A stretch of 64,000 nucleotides of DNA. Source: a virus. Below the pieces are notes generated by a model. The model worked only from the letters and a program-made list of their open reading frames with translations, was not told where the DNA came from and did no database searches. The position numbers and the translations under genes were made by a program. Each line of letters starts with the position of its first letter. Position 1 is the stretch's first letter. Positions 7,929-15,765 of the stretch are shown piece by piece. The stretch lies in IMG/VR virus record IMGVR_UViG_3300011270_000007, positions 4,684 to 68,683 of that record. The stretch is one strand, 5' to 3'.

Positions 7929-8000
7929 GCGGAATTGGTGTAATGGCAAGCATTCGAGCCTTCCAAGCTCTAGGTGAGGGATCGTGTCCCTCATTCCGCT
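7929..8000 (+). tRNA. tRNA-Gly(TCC)
   Basis: GCGGAAT/ATTCCGC, U73; GAGC-CTTCCAA-GCTC; T-loop ATCGTGT. Confidence 0.85.
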
Positions 8001-8006
8001 TAATAA

Positions 8007-8079
8007 CCGAGAATCGTCCAATCCGGTAGGACATACCCTCGATAAGGGTAGAATTTTCGTTCAAATCGAAATTCTCGGA
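8007..8079 (+). tRNA. tRNA-Ile(GAT)
   Basis: CCGAGAA/TTCTCGG, A73; TACCC-TCGATAA-GGGTA (C33). Confidence 0.8.
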
Positions 8080-8084
8080 TTTAT

Positions 8085-8156
8085 GGGTCCCTAGTGGTAA
8101 CGGGAGCACGTCACGTTTGCACCGTGGAAGCGAAAGTTCGACTCTTTCGGGATCCA
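8085..8156 (+). tRNA. tRNA-Ala(TGC)
   Basis: GGGTCCC/GGGATCC with G3:U70; TCACG-TTTGCAC-CGTGG. Confidence 0.9.
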
Positions 8157-8176
8157 AGTTTTTTAAAAGGAATCAA

Positions 8177-8599
8177 ATGAGAGCTACTGAAATTATTGAC
8201 AACTTATTCGTAGGTAATGAAAACGATGGGATGGGACCATTCGATGGAATGGTTATTAACGTCACTGAAACCCAAACTGGTAGACCTGGAGTAACATGGA
8301 TTCCAATTTGTCAAGATTATACCACTCCATTAGGAGCCCCCTTCATGGCTTCCATCGATCAACTCAATGCAGTAGCGGAAGTAATCGACAACGCCTTAGC
8401 CAATGAAAAAATCAAACGCAAGATATTAGTACATTGTTATGCAGGAATCGAGCGCTCCCCACTCGCCATCGCCTGGTTTTTACACACCAAACGTGGTATG
8501 ACCCTGGATGAAGCCTATAAGCTGATTAAACAAAAACGCCCAATAGTTCAAGATCGACAAGTCTGGATTCCTAAGCCGCCACCGGTCGGACATTTATGA
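8177..8599 (+). CDS. dual-specificity protein phosphatase
   Basis: EIIDNLFVG, ILVHCYAGIERS (HCx5R); AAGGA RBS before 8177. Confidence 0.9.
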   Translation: MRATEIIDNLFVGNENDGMGPFDGMVINVTETQTGRPGVTWIPICQDYTTPLGAPFMASIDQLNAVAEVIDNALANEKIKRKILVHCYAGIERSPLAIAWFLHTKRGMTLDEAYKLIKQKRPIVQDRQVWIPKPPPVGHL

Positions 8600-8775
8600 T
8601 GACAATTAACCAAATTATTTATGAGCTTGGATTCATTCAGGAATACAACGCTAATTTAGCGGGAACGCTTTATAAACTACTAGCCCATGGAAACGAAGAA
8701 CACCGGGCTTGGTTGAAAGAAGCATTGGATAATTTCTTCATTCATGGCAAGCCAATCCCTCCCCCAAGGCAATGA
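8596..8775 (+). CDS. small hypothetical protein (59 aa, not in ORF track)
   Basis: ATGA overlaps with both neighbours. Confidence 0.55.
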   Translation: MMTINQIIYELGFIQEYNANLAGTLYKLLAHGNEEHRAWLKEALDNFFIHGKPIPPPRQ

Positions 8776-9029
8776 TCCTAAAATATTGCACATGTGGCAA
8801 ACCTGGCGATTGGGTCAAGGGGATGTTGGTAACGTGTTTCTATCCCAAACGACCCAAGCAAATGGACATGGATATGCGACGTTTCGAACGCGAAGCGGTG
8901 TGCGAAGGTGGTTTGTCGGATAATCCTCGCTATTTTAAGTTTTGTTCCGAAAAATGTGCCGATACTTTTATTCAAAATTATCACAAACTACCCGATGCTA
9001 TTCCGCACACCATCTGGACGAAGCTATAG
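8772..9029 (+). CDS. Cys-rich hypothetical protein
   Basis: CTCG...FCSEKC putative Zn site. Confidence 0.55.
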   Translation: MILKYCTCGKPGDWVKGMLVTCFYPKRPKQMDMDMRRFEREAVCEGGLSDNPRYFKFCSEKCADTFIQNYHKLPDAIPHTIWTKL

Positions 9030-9044
9030 ATAAGGTGATATGAT

Positions 9045-9135
9045 GTGCCGATAGTTTAATGGCAAAACAATAGGCTTATACCCTATATTACCGCTAGATC
9101 GGCGGATAATGGGGGTTCGATTCCCTCTCGGCATA
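9045..9135 (+). tRNA. tRNA-Ile(TAT) with long variable arm
   Basis: GTGCCGA/TCGGCAT; ATAGG-CTTATAC-CCTAT; variable stem ATTA-CCGC..GCGG-ATAAT. Confidence 0.8.
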
Positions 9136-9425
9136 TGTATTTATATCAAAATATAAGACGACCAAAAGTTAAAAACGTTTTCATCAAGAAAACTCCTAGA
9201 GATAATTTCTATGCTCTATGCCAGGATGTAGGTGAAACGGTTTATATTTGGACTGAGCACTTACAGTTAAGCTATAAAAGAGCAAAAGAAATTTATATAT
9301 GGAAAATCGGTCGTCTTCAAAGAGGTGAAATTATGGAAAGCCAACATGATTATTGGGTTTGCCCTAAAAATGAACTTAAAAAAATGTTGGAAGAAATATA
9401 TGGCAGGAATTATGGGAGTTATTAA
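9135..9425 (+). CDS. hypothetical protein
   Basis: ORF filling the gap between the tRNA and the methyltransferase. Confidence 0.55.
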   Translation: MYLYQNIRRPKVKNVFIKKTPRDNFYALCQDVGETVYIWTEHLQLSYKRAKEIYIWKIGRLQRGEIMESQHDYWVCPKNELKKMLEEIYGRNYGSY

Positions 9426-9430
9426 ACCAG

Positions 9431-10081
9431 ATGGCTGGACATATTCAGTCTAGTTCGTCAGTTGAGCATGAAACCCCTGGCTATCTCGTTAATGCTTCTT
9501 TGGAAACAATGGGAAGCATCGAATTAGATCCATGTGGATATCGTCACGTAGCTTACGGATCTCGAATCGGGGCAGTGAATTTTTATTTACCTATAAATGG
9601 TTTAGAACAAGACTGGAGTCCATATAAAACAATTTTCGTCAATCCTCCATTTGGGCGAAGTTATCTCTGGAAAGAAGGCCCTATTAGAAATAAAGCTTTC
9701 AATATTAAATCTTGGCAATCAGTAGAATGTCTAACTCCCAAACAATTTAAAGAACGTTACAACAATAACAATAAGATACAAACCACCGAACCACACCCCT
9801 GGGCTGCTGAGCGCCAGTCCATTGCCGATTGGATCGCAAAAGTCGATAAAAATTGGCACAAATACCCAGAAACCCAGACTTGTTTGCTGATCCCCGCCGC
9901 CACCGACACCAAAGCTTGGCATGAGCATATTTTTCCAATGCATCGAGTTTGCTTTTTGAAAGGCCGAGTTAAATTCGTTGGTGCAAAAACCGGTTGCCCT
10001 ATGGCGATGGCTATGGTATACTTTGGAACTCAAATTAAACGTTTTAATGAAGTATTTTCTAAACTTGGAGCCATCAGGTAA
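9431..10081 (+). CDS. DNA N6-adenine methyltransferase (phage Dam-like)
   Basis: ETP, ELDPC, FVNPPF, LLIPAATDTKAWH, GRVKF. Confidence 0.85.
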   Translation: MAGHIQSSSSVEHETPGYLVNASLETMGSIELDPCGYRHVAYGSRIGAVNFYLPINGLEQDWSPYKTIFVNPPFGRSYLWKEGPIRNKAFNIKSWQSVECLTPKQFKERYNNNNKIQTTEPHPWAAERQSIADWIAKVDKNWHKYPETQTCLLIPAATDTKAWHEHIFPMHRVCFLKGRVKFVGAKTGCPMAMAMVYFGTQIKRFNEVFSKLGAIR

Positions 10082-10596
10082 TGCTTTTCTTAATTGACAT
10101 CGATCAATGCATCGCAAATAACGCCCACCGAGCCCATTTAGTCGAGTGTCCACCCGACCAACAAGACTGGAAGGCATTTTTATCCCCAGAAATGGTAGCC
10201 AAGGATACTCCTATTGATTGCGCCCGTCCTGCTATCGATTACCTAAGAACAATATGTCACAAATACGATGACATAAAGTTCATTACTGGTCGTAACGAAG
10301 AATTGTTTGAAGTTACCAAGGAATGGCTTAAAAAGTACTTCGATTTTGACGTAACCGTCAAGAACCTATTAATGCGACCAATCAATTCAGTAGGTCGAGC
10401 CAGCGAAAATAAGCGAGCATTAATGAACAATCTGATTTACGACTACTCACATCCATGGATAGCCTTTGACGATGATCCATATTTAAGTCAAGTTTATCGA
10501 GATTTTGGAACTATTTGGATGAAAGCCCCAGAAATTTGGCCAATATTTTGCCGTATGCCAGAAAATCTCTCCGAAGAACTGGCTTGGCGAAAGTGA
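10081..10596 (+). CDS. HAD-family phosphatase (PNK 3'-phosphatase-like)
   Basis: DIDQC, ITGR, LLMRP, K, FDDD. Confidence 0.85.
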   Translation: MLFLIDIDQCIANNAHRAHLVECPPDQQDWKAFLSPEMVAKDTPIDCARPAIDYLRTICHKYDDIKFITGRNEELFEVTKEWLKKYFDFDVTVKNLLMRPINSVGRASENKRALMNNLIYDYSHPWIAFDDDPYLSQVYRDFGTIWMKAPEIWPIFCRMPENLSEELAWRK

Positions 10597-10597
10597 T

Positions 10598-11557
10598 ATG
10601 CCTTTCGATTATTCAAAGAAATACCTACACCCAGCGTGGCCCTGTAATTATTCAACCCAATACGCAAGATATTTCTGCGACTCACCTAGTAATATTCACG
10701 AGCCAGTTTGGCAATCCCCCAACGGTACCTGGCAAGCATCCAGTTTTTTGCACAACCATCGAGGAAGAAATTTCCAAGAAAAATCTATGCGCGCCCATAT
10801 CATAAGCGATCTGCATTTCGATTATAAAGAAAATTGGATGGATTTTTGGACTAATCTAGATACCGTTAGCGCAGTTCCCTATTTGATCATCGCCGGAGAC
10901 CTATGCCCACTAGGAACTCCCAAAAATAGAGCACGAGCATACGATGCTTTGCTCAACTTTTGCACTCGATATGAAAACGTCGTTTATATACCAGGAAACC
11001 ATGAATTCTATCAAACTTCGATTTCTGAAGGAATTAGGTTACTAAATCAATGGGGGAAAGAAATTCCAAATTTGCACGTACTCGGATTACTGTTCGCTGG
11101 ATGTGGCGTGTCTTACAAGCGAATTGATGGACAAGGATTTACCGGTGGGACAATGTGGTTCCCCGAAAATGACGTTGCCCCATGGAATCAATTCCCAGAT
11201 TTTGCTTTAATCAAAAACTTCAAAGAAGAAGTCTATCGGGCAAATAAACAATTTATTAATAGTTGCAAAAACCTGATGGTTGACGAAGTGATCGTTACTC
11301 ACCACTTGCCAAGCCCTGGCTGTATTGCTGAAGAATTCAAAAATAATGAATTCAATCCGTTTTTCTTATGCGATATGGAAGCGGTAATCAAAGAACGACA
11401 ACCAAAATTGTGGATTCATGGACACAGCCATTATCCATCTGACGTCAAGATAGGCAATACCAGAATTTATGCAAACCCCTACGGCTATCCCAACGAACGT
11501 AGCGGTCCTAGACCGCCCAATCCAAATTTCTGGGATAGAATCGAGATCACAGCGTGA
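10598..11557 (+). CDS. calcineurin-like metallophosphoesterase (core begins about 10787)
   Basis: SDLH, AGD, GNHE, THH, HGHSH, NPYGY. Confidence 0.9.
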   Translation: MPFDYSKKYLHPAWPCNYSTQYARYFCDSPSNIHEPVWQSPNGTWQASSFLHNHRGRNFQEKSMRAHIISDLHFDYKENWMDFWTNLDTVSAVPYLIIAGDLCPLGTPKNRARAYDALLNFCTRYENVVYIPGNHEFYQTSISEGIRLLNQWGKEIPNLHVLGLLFAGCGVSYKRIDGQGFTGGTMWFPENDVAPWNQFPDFALIKNFKEEVYRANKQFINSCKNLMVDEVIVTHHLPSPGCIAEEFKNNEFNPFFLCDMEAVIKERQPKLWIHGHSHYPSDVKIGNTRIYANPYGYPNERSGPRPPNPNFWDRIEITA

Positions 11558-11745
11558 CACATAAAGAAATTATGGCCTGGAATAATGCCATCAAAGCCGC
11601 GTGTAGTGCCGCCTGCATTTATTGCCATGGTCGATTTCCATTTGATGGATACGACCATATTATATGGTCAAAATCTGGGTCAAATTGGGCCACCTGTAAG
11701 GCCAGTCATATCCGCACTTTGATTAAACGAGATAATTATGTCTGA
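11554..11745 (+). CDS. hypothetical protein
   Basis: Overlap-coupled with neighbours. Confidence 0.5.
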   Translation: MTHKEIMAWNNAIKAACSAACIYCHGRFPFDGYDHIIWSKSGSNWATCKASHIRTLIKRDNYV

Positions 11746-12415
11746 TTTTGAGGAGTATCCCAAGCTGCCCAAGGAAGAGAGCGTCCCGCTAGAAGTTAAA
11801 ATTATTAACGTGGCTTCCATCCACGAAAACGATATTATAATCTTGAAAACTAACAATCCATTAGAAGCTGGGGAATTGATCGATATTCGAGACAAGATCA
11901 AAAAGCAAGCCAACGTTAATAACTTAGCGATAATGCGGCTAGATCAAAATGACGAGCTAATGCTGATGAAAACCCCAGTCAGATCATTAAAGGTCAAAAA
12001 GCTAAATCCAGAAGCTAAATTACCCACCAAAGGGACAGAATATGCGGCTGGTTTTGATTTATTTCTCCTAGAAACAGTAAATATACATCCGGAGGAACAC
12101 TTAAAACTTCACACTGGAATTGCAGTAGAAATACCTCCAGGAAAATGTGGTATTATTCGTCCACGCTCAAGTGCTTTTAAACGTGGACTATTGACCATTG
12201 GGACAATTGATTCAGATTATCGGGGCGAAGTTTTTTTGGCAGTACAAAACCTACATGCCAAAGGTTGTTATGAGCACCAGCAATTAATTAAACATTCTTC
12301 GATTGCTCAATTGATTATTGTAGATCACAACTCTGCGATTAAGCTGGAGGAGGTAAACGAATTGAGCGAAACTACACGCGGAACGTCTGGATTTGGAAGC
12401 ACAGGAAACGTATGA
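11738..12415 (+). CDS. dut: trimeric dUTPase with N-terminal extension
   Basis: AGFDL, RPRSS, GTIDSDYRGE, AQL, RGTSGFGSTG. Confidence 0.95.
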   Translation: MSDFEEYPKLPKEESVPLEVKIINVASIHENDIIILKTNNPLEAGELIDIRDKIKKQANVNNLAIMRLDQNDELMLMKTPVRSLKVKKLNPEAKLPTKGTEYAAGFDLFLLETVNIHPEEHLKLHTGIAVEIPPGKCGIIRPRSSAFKRGLLTIGTIDSDYRGEVFLAVQNLHAKGCYEHQQLIKHSSIAQLIIVDHNSAIKLEEVNELSETTRGTSGFGSTGNV

Positions 12416-12624
12416 CAATTATAGCTTGGCCGATTGGTATCATTATTGGGATGGGTTTCATTATTTACCTTCAAGCCAGAACCGTAGAAAAATTACGCAA
12501 AGAAAATAAAAGGCTAGGAGAACAAGTCGCGATGAATAACGCCATAGACAAACTTTCAACCCTATTGCCAGTTTCGCCAAAATGGAGTAAAAAGTCGCAC
12601 ATTGAACCCATAATTCACATTTAA
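12412..12624 (+). CDS. membrane-anchored coiled-coil protein
   Basis: N-terminal hydrophobic helix. Confidence 0.6.
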   Translation: MTIIAWPIGIIIGMGFIIYLQARTVEKLRKENKRLGEQVAMNNAIDKLSTLLPVSPKWSKKSHIEPIIHI

Positions 12625-12633
12625 GGAGATCGA

Positions 12634-12825
12634 ATGAGACATGTAAAGTACTATGTAGCTAGCAAGTCCACCAATACAGAAGCAACCGGTACCTCGTATT
12701 ACACTTACATTGCTCCAATGAACAACAAGCGTTGGATACGTGAGCAAATGTTCAAAATTAAAATCAGCCGTGATACCTACAAAAGAATTCGAGTAGGCAT
12801 CATCTATCGGTTAGAATTGCTGTGA
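12634..12825 (+). CDS. hypothetical protein
   Basis: AAGGAG RBS. Confidence 0.55.
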   Translation: MRHVKYYVASKSTNTEATGTSYYTYIAPMNNKRWIREQMFKIKISRDTYKRIRVGIIYRLELL

Positions 12826-12906
12826 AAAATTTAGCCTATTGGTTAGATAAGCACATTTTCCTCCATCGTTGGCAACGTCTCTGTAATTGGATAGGTCCAC
12901 GTTAAA

Positions 12907-13134
12907 ATGCCCCATATCTTCGAAAAGACTAAGTGGAAAAAGGCCAGCATTCCTAAATCCAAACGTCGGGCGATGGTTAACGAGCTTAAGGCCATATTAA
13001 GCCAAAAGCACATCGAAAACAGTGAATTCCACTACCTGATCGAGGGCAACGTAATGGTATGGGGCTGGAAAAGACCCGATGGAATCGAAATTTACGAGAC
13101 CAAAGTAAAAGCCAAATGGGAGCAATTTTCATGA
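12907..13134 (+). CDS. hypothetical protein
   Basis: ORF in a co-directional run. Confidence 0.55.
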   Translation: MPHIFEKTKWKKASIPKSKRRAMVNELKAILSQKHIENSEFHYLIEGNVMVWGWKRPDGIEIYETKVKAKWEQFS

Positions 13135-13427
13135 AATACCTTATTTTGTTGACGCTAACGCTATTAAGTGGATGCACTAAATGGAATTGGTGTGAACGTG
13201 AAGCAATCAATGTTAACACGCCAGATGGGGCTTGGGATTTTTGCTATGATCAATGTTATTTAGCAACCGTAGGTTCTTATAGAACACTGCCAGGGTCATT
13301 ACATACGTGTCTAGTCGATAGATGTGGAGCACAATGGGTTTGTAAAGACAATCACAGCGTAGATGTCGAACATCCTAATGGCGCGCAAAGACTTCCTTAT
13401 ACGCCACTCCCACGACCAAAGAAGTAG
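13131..13427 (+). CDS. Cys-rich lipoprotein
   Basis: MKYLILLTLTLLSG-C lipobox; ATGA coupling. Confidence 0.7.
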   Translation: MKYLILLTLTLLSGCTKWNWCEREAINVNTPDGAWDFCYDQCYLATVGSYRTLPGSLHTCLVDRCGAQWVCKDNHSVDVEHPNGAQRLPYTPLPRPKK

Positions 13428-13569
13428 TGATTAAAATGAAAGGAGGATAAATTATGGACAAGATATTGGAAATTATGATCGTAGTTTTAAAAATTTCAGG
13501 GACTGTATTATTTTTATCTTGTATTAGTTATGCACTCCTTTTAATTTGGACCGAATAAAAACTCTAGCC

Positions 13570-14082
13570 ATGCAAACACTCTGTTTAAATGCCGATTATT
13601 CCCCTATCGGTATTATGAATTGGCAAAAAGCCGTAACCCTATTCTTCAAAGAAGCAGTGGAAATTATCGAAAGTTATGACCGCCCTATTCGATCGGTTTC
13701 CTTCACCATGCAAATGCCAGCCGTGGTCAAAGTAAAAGCTTGGGTTAAAAGCAATCAAAAGAGCCTTCGGTTTAATAAAACCAACATATTCCTACGAGAC
13801 AAAGGTCGATGCATGTACTGCTCTGACCGGATCTCGCACCGTAAAGCCACCTATGACCATGTGATCCCACGAGCTAAGGGTGGCAAGACCGTATGGGAAA
13901 ACATCGTTACTTGCTGCCAGCCTTGCAATAAACGCAAAGATTGCCGAACGCCCGAAGAAGCAAATATGGTTTTGACCGCCAAACCAGTTAAACCCACTCA
14001 TTTATCACTTGATTTAATCTTCCGGATACGATATCATCACCAAATGCCAGATGAGTGGCGTAAATATATCTTAAAAGAATAA
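13570..14082 (+). CDS. HNH endonuclease (McrA-like)
   Basis: LNADYSP, RDKGRCMYC, TYDHVIP..GG..WENIVTCCQPCNKRK. Confidence 0.9.
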   Translation: MQTLCLNADYSPIGIMNWQKAVTLFFKEAVEIIESYDRPIRSVSFTMQMPAVVKVKAWVKSNQKSLRFNKTNIFLRDKGRCMYCSDRISHRKATYDHVIPRAKGGKTVWENIVTCCQPCNKRKDCRTPEEANMVLTAKPVKPTHLSLDLIFRIRYHHQMPDEWRKYILKE

Positions 14083-14086
14083 AGTA

Positions 14087-14329
14087 ATGGACACAGAAAT
14101 CCACGACATCGGTTATGCATTAAAATGGATATGCAACTACTACAGCGTATTCCGTACTGGATGGGACAAAGATATGTCGATCTCACTTCAGTTAGACGAC
14201 AAAAGTAATAAACGATATATTGCAATGTGGACATGGTATGGCATAATGAAGGACTGGCGATCGATTCCATGGGTGTGCAGTCAGGAAGACTTGCTTGCAA
14301 CAGACTGGCAAGTCGTTATAGAAGAATGA
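14087..14329 (+). CDS. DUF2829 / Thoeris anti-defence Tad2-like protein
   Basis: RTGW and PWVCSQEDLLATDW signature. Confidence 0.7.
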   Translation: MDTEIHDIGYALKWICNYYSVFRTGWDKDMSISLQLDDKSNKRYIAMWTWYGIMKDWRSIPWVCSQEDLLATDWQVVIEE

Positions 14330-14809
14330 TCTTCTTAGATAAAATCCTCAAAAAAATTCTTCCCTACACCGAAATCGTCAAGATAATCGATGGTAAGCCC
14401 GTAGTATATATGCAGCGATTTTTCTTATGGCGTAATCGCAAGGGCAATAAGTACTTGCATCATTTTTTACGCTCAGATGACGATCCCGATCCTCATAACC
14501 ATCCATACGATTTCACTTCAATAATCTTATCTGGGGGGCTACATCGATGAATGGTATGTATATGATAATCATCGGAACCCAAAACTAGAAGGTCCTCGTC
14601 ACTATAAAGTAAAAAAATGGACTATACAAAGAAGAATGGCCAACCATACTCATCGTGTACACCTCATTGGCAATAAAAAACCATGGACCCTGGTTTTTAC
14701 CGGTCCATTGATACAGCCTTGGGGGTTTGTTAAACCAGATGGAACATGGATATATTGGAAAAAATACTTAAAAGAACAAAAGCAGCCAATCACACCAAAT
14801 GTCAACTAG
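14326..14809 (+). pseudogene. cupin-like phage protein split by a +1 frameshift in a G6 run
   Basis: YLHHFLRSDDD..PHNHPYDFTSIILSGG continues in another frame as YIDE...HRVHL...WTLVFTGP..WGF. Confidence 0.7.
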
Positions 14810-15134
14810 AGTCGTAAATGTCAGAAGTGCTGTTTATCCCAAAATTGATTTAGGGACGCCAGAATCATTGCCTGAGAATTTCGTCTATATCGGTCGAAAT
14901 CACCCCAAATTCCCCGCTGGATCCAAATGGGCCAATAAGTATATCATTGGCCGAGACGGTACGCGCGAAGAGGTTATAATTAAATACGAAAAATGGATCA
15001 TGACACAGCGCAATCTTTTAAATGACTTACCAGAATTAATAGATAAGGACTTAGGTTGCTGGTGCTGGCCATTGGCGTGCCATGGTGATATACTGGTGAA
15101 GTTAGTTGAAAGGCTCGGTAGACCAACTAGGTAG
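14799..15134 (+). CDS. DUF4326 family protein
   Basis: VYIGR..SKWANKY..DGTREEVI..LGCWCWPLACHGDIL. Confidence 0.85.
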   Translation: MSTRVVNVRSAVYPKIDLGTPESLPENFVYIGRNHPKFPAGSKWANKYIIGRDGTREEVIIKYEKWIMTQRNLLNDLPELIDKDLGCWCWPLACHGDILVKLVERLGRPTR

Positions 15135-15187
15135 GAGTCGCTTCACTCAAAACGAAGACAGTGAGAGTTCGAATCTCTCTCGGGCCA
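15112..15187 (+). tRNA. tRNA-Leu(CAA) with short variable loop
   Basis: GGCTCGG/TCGGGCC, A73; CTTC(A)-CTCAAAA-(C)GAAG; GAGAG-TTCGAAT-CTCTC. Confidence 0.75.
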
Positions 15188-15190
15188 TTT

Positions 15191-15463
15191 ATGGAAAAAA
15201 TATACTTTGAATGCGAATGCGGATCTACGCAACACTTGGTCAAATTTGATCGTGATGAAAATTGCGTAGTGCTATATATTCAATTAAATGAATGGGGCAC
15301 TTCATACAAGAGGTTCTTCCGACGTACCTGGGAAGCGATTAAATATACTTTTGGATTCCAAAATCGTTGGGGCGTCTGGGAAGAAGTCTGGCTTAATACT
15401 GATAAAGTAAAACAATTAATTAAATTTTTGGAGGAACATGTCAACGATAGCAAAGACAAGTAG
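15191..15463 (+). CDS. hypothetical protein
   Basis: MEKIYFECECG..H; starts 3 nt after tRNA-Leu. Confidence 0.65.
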   Translation: MEKIYFECECGSTQHLVKFDRDENCVVLYIQLNEWGTSYKRFFRRTWEAIKYTFGFQNRWGVWEEVWLNTDKVKQLIKFLEEHVNDSKDK

Positions 15464-15725
15464 TGACCCAAAAAAAGAACTTGCGGACGTGCAAGGCAAT
15501 TTCGATGAGTGTTATATTTGTGCTGGCCCAATACACAATCTCAATGATGGAATCGTTAATTTAAGTCATCGAGGAGAAAAATATGCACTTTATGTTCACA
15601 GATGGTGCCGTTATAAATATTTAGGAGAAAAAAATGAAATTAACATTGGAAGAGCTAGTAGTATTGGCGTACAGCCCCCTAAAGGCAACGGGGACGAAGC
15701 CGAACAAGACGGACGTGATTATTAA
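15438..15725 (+). CDS. hypothetical Zn-binding protein
   Basis: GGAGG RBS; CYIC...HRWC. Confidence 0.55.
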   Translation: MSTIAKTSSDPKKELADVQGNFDECYICAGPIHNLNDGIVNLSHRGEKYALYVHRWCRYKYLGEKNEINIGRASSIGVQPPKGNGDEAEQDGRDY

Positions 15726-15765
15726 TTGGGGATTTACACCAAAAAGCGGCGATCGATATCAAGTA

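Noticed and set aside
3132-8157. ORF-track entries 3132-3620, 3341-3538, 4665-4922, 5000-5215, 6700-6897, 7296-7538, 7909-8157
   Set aside because: They overlap tRNA or ncRNA genes; shadow ORFs
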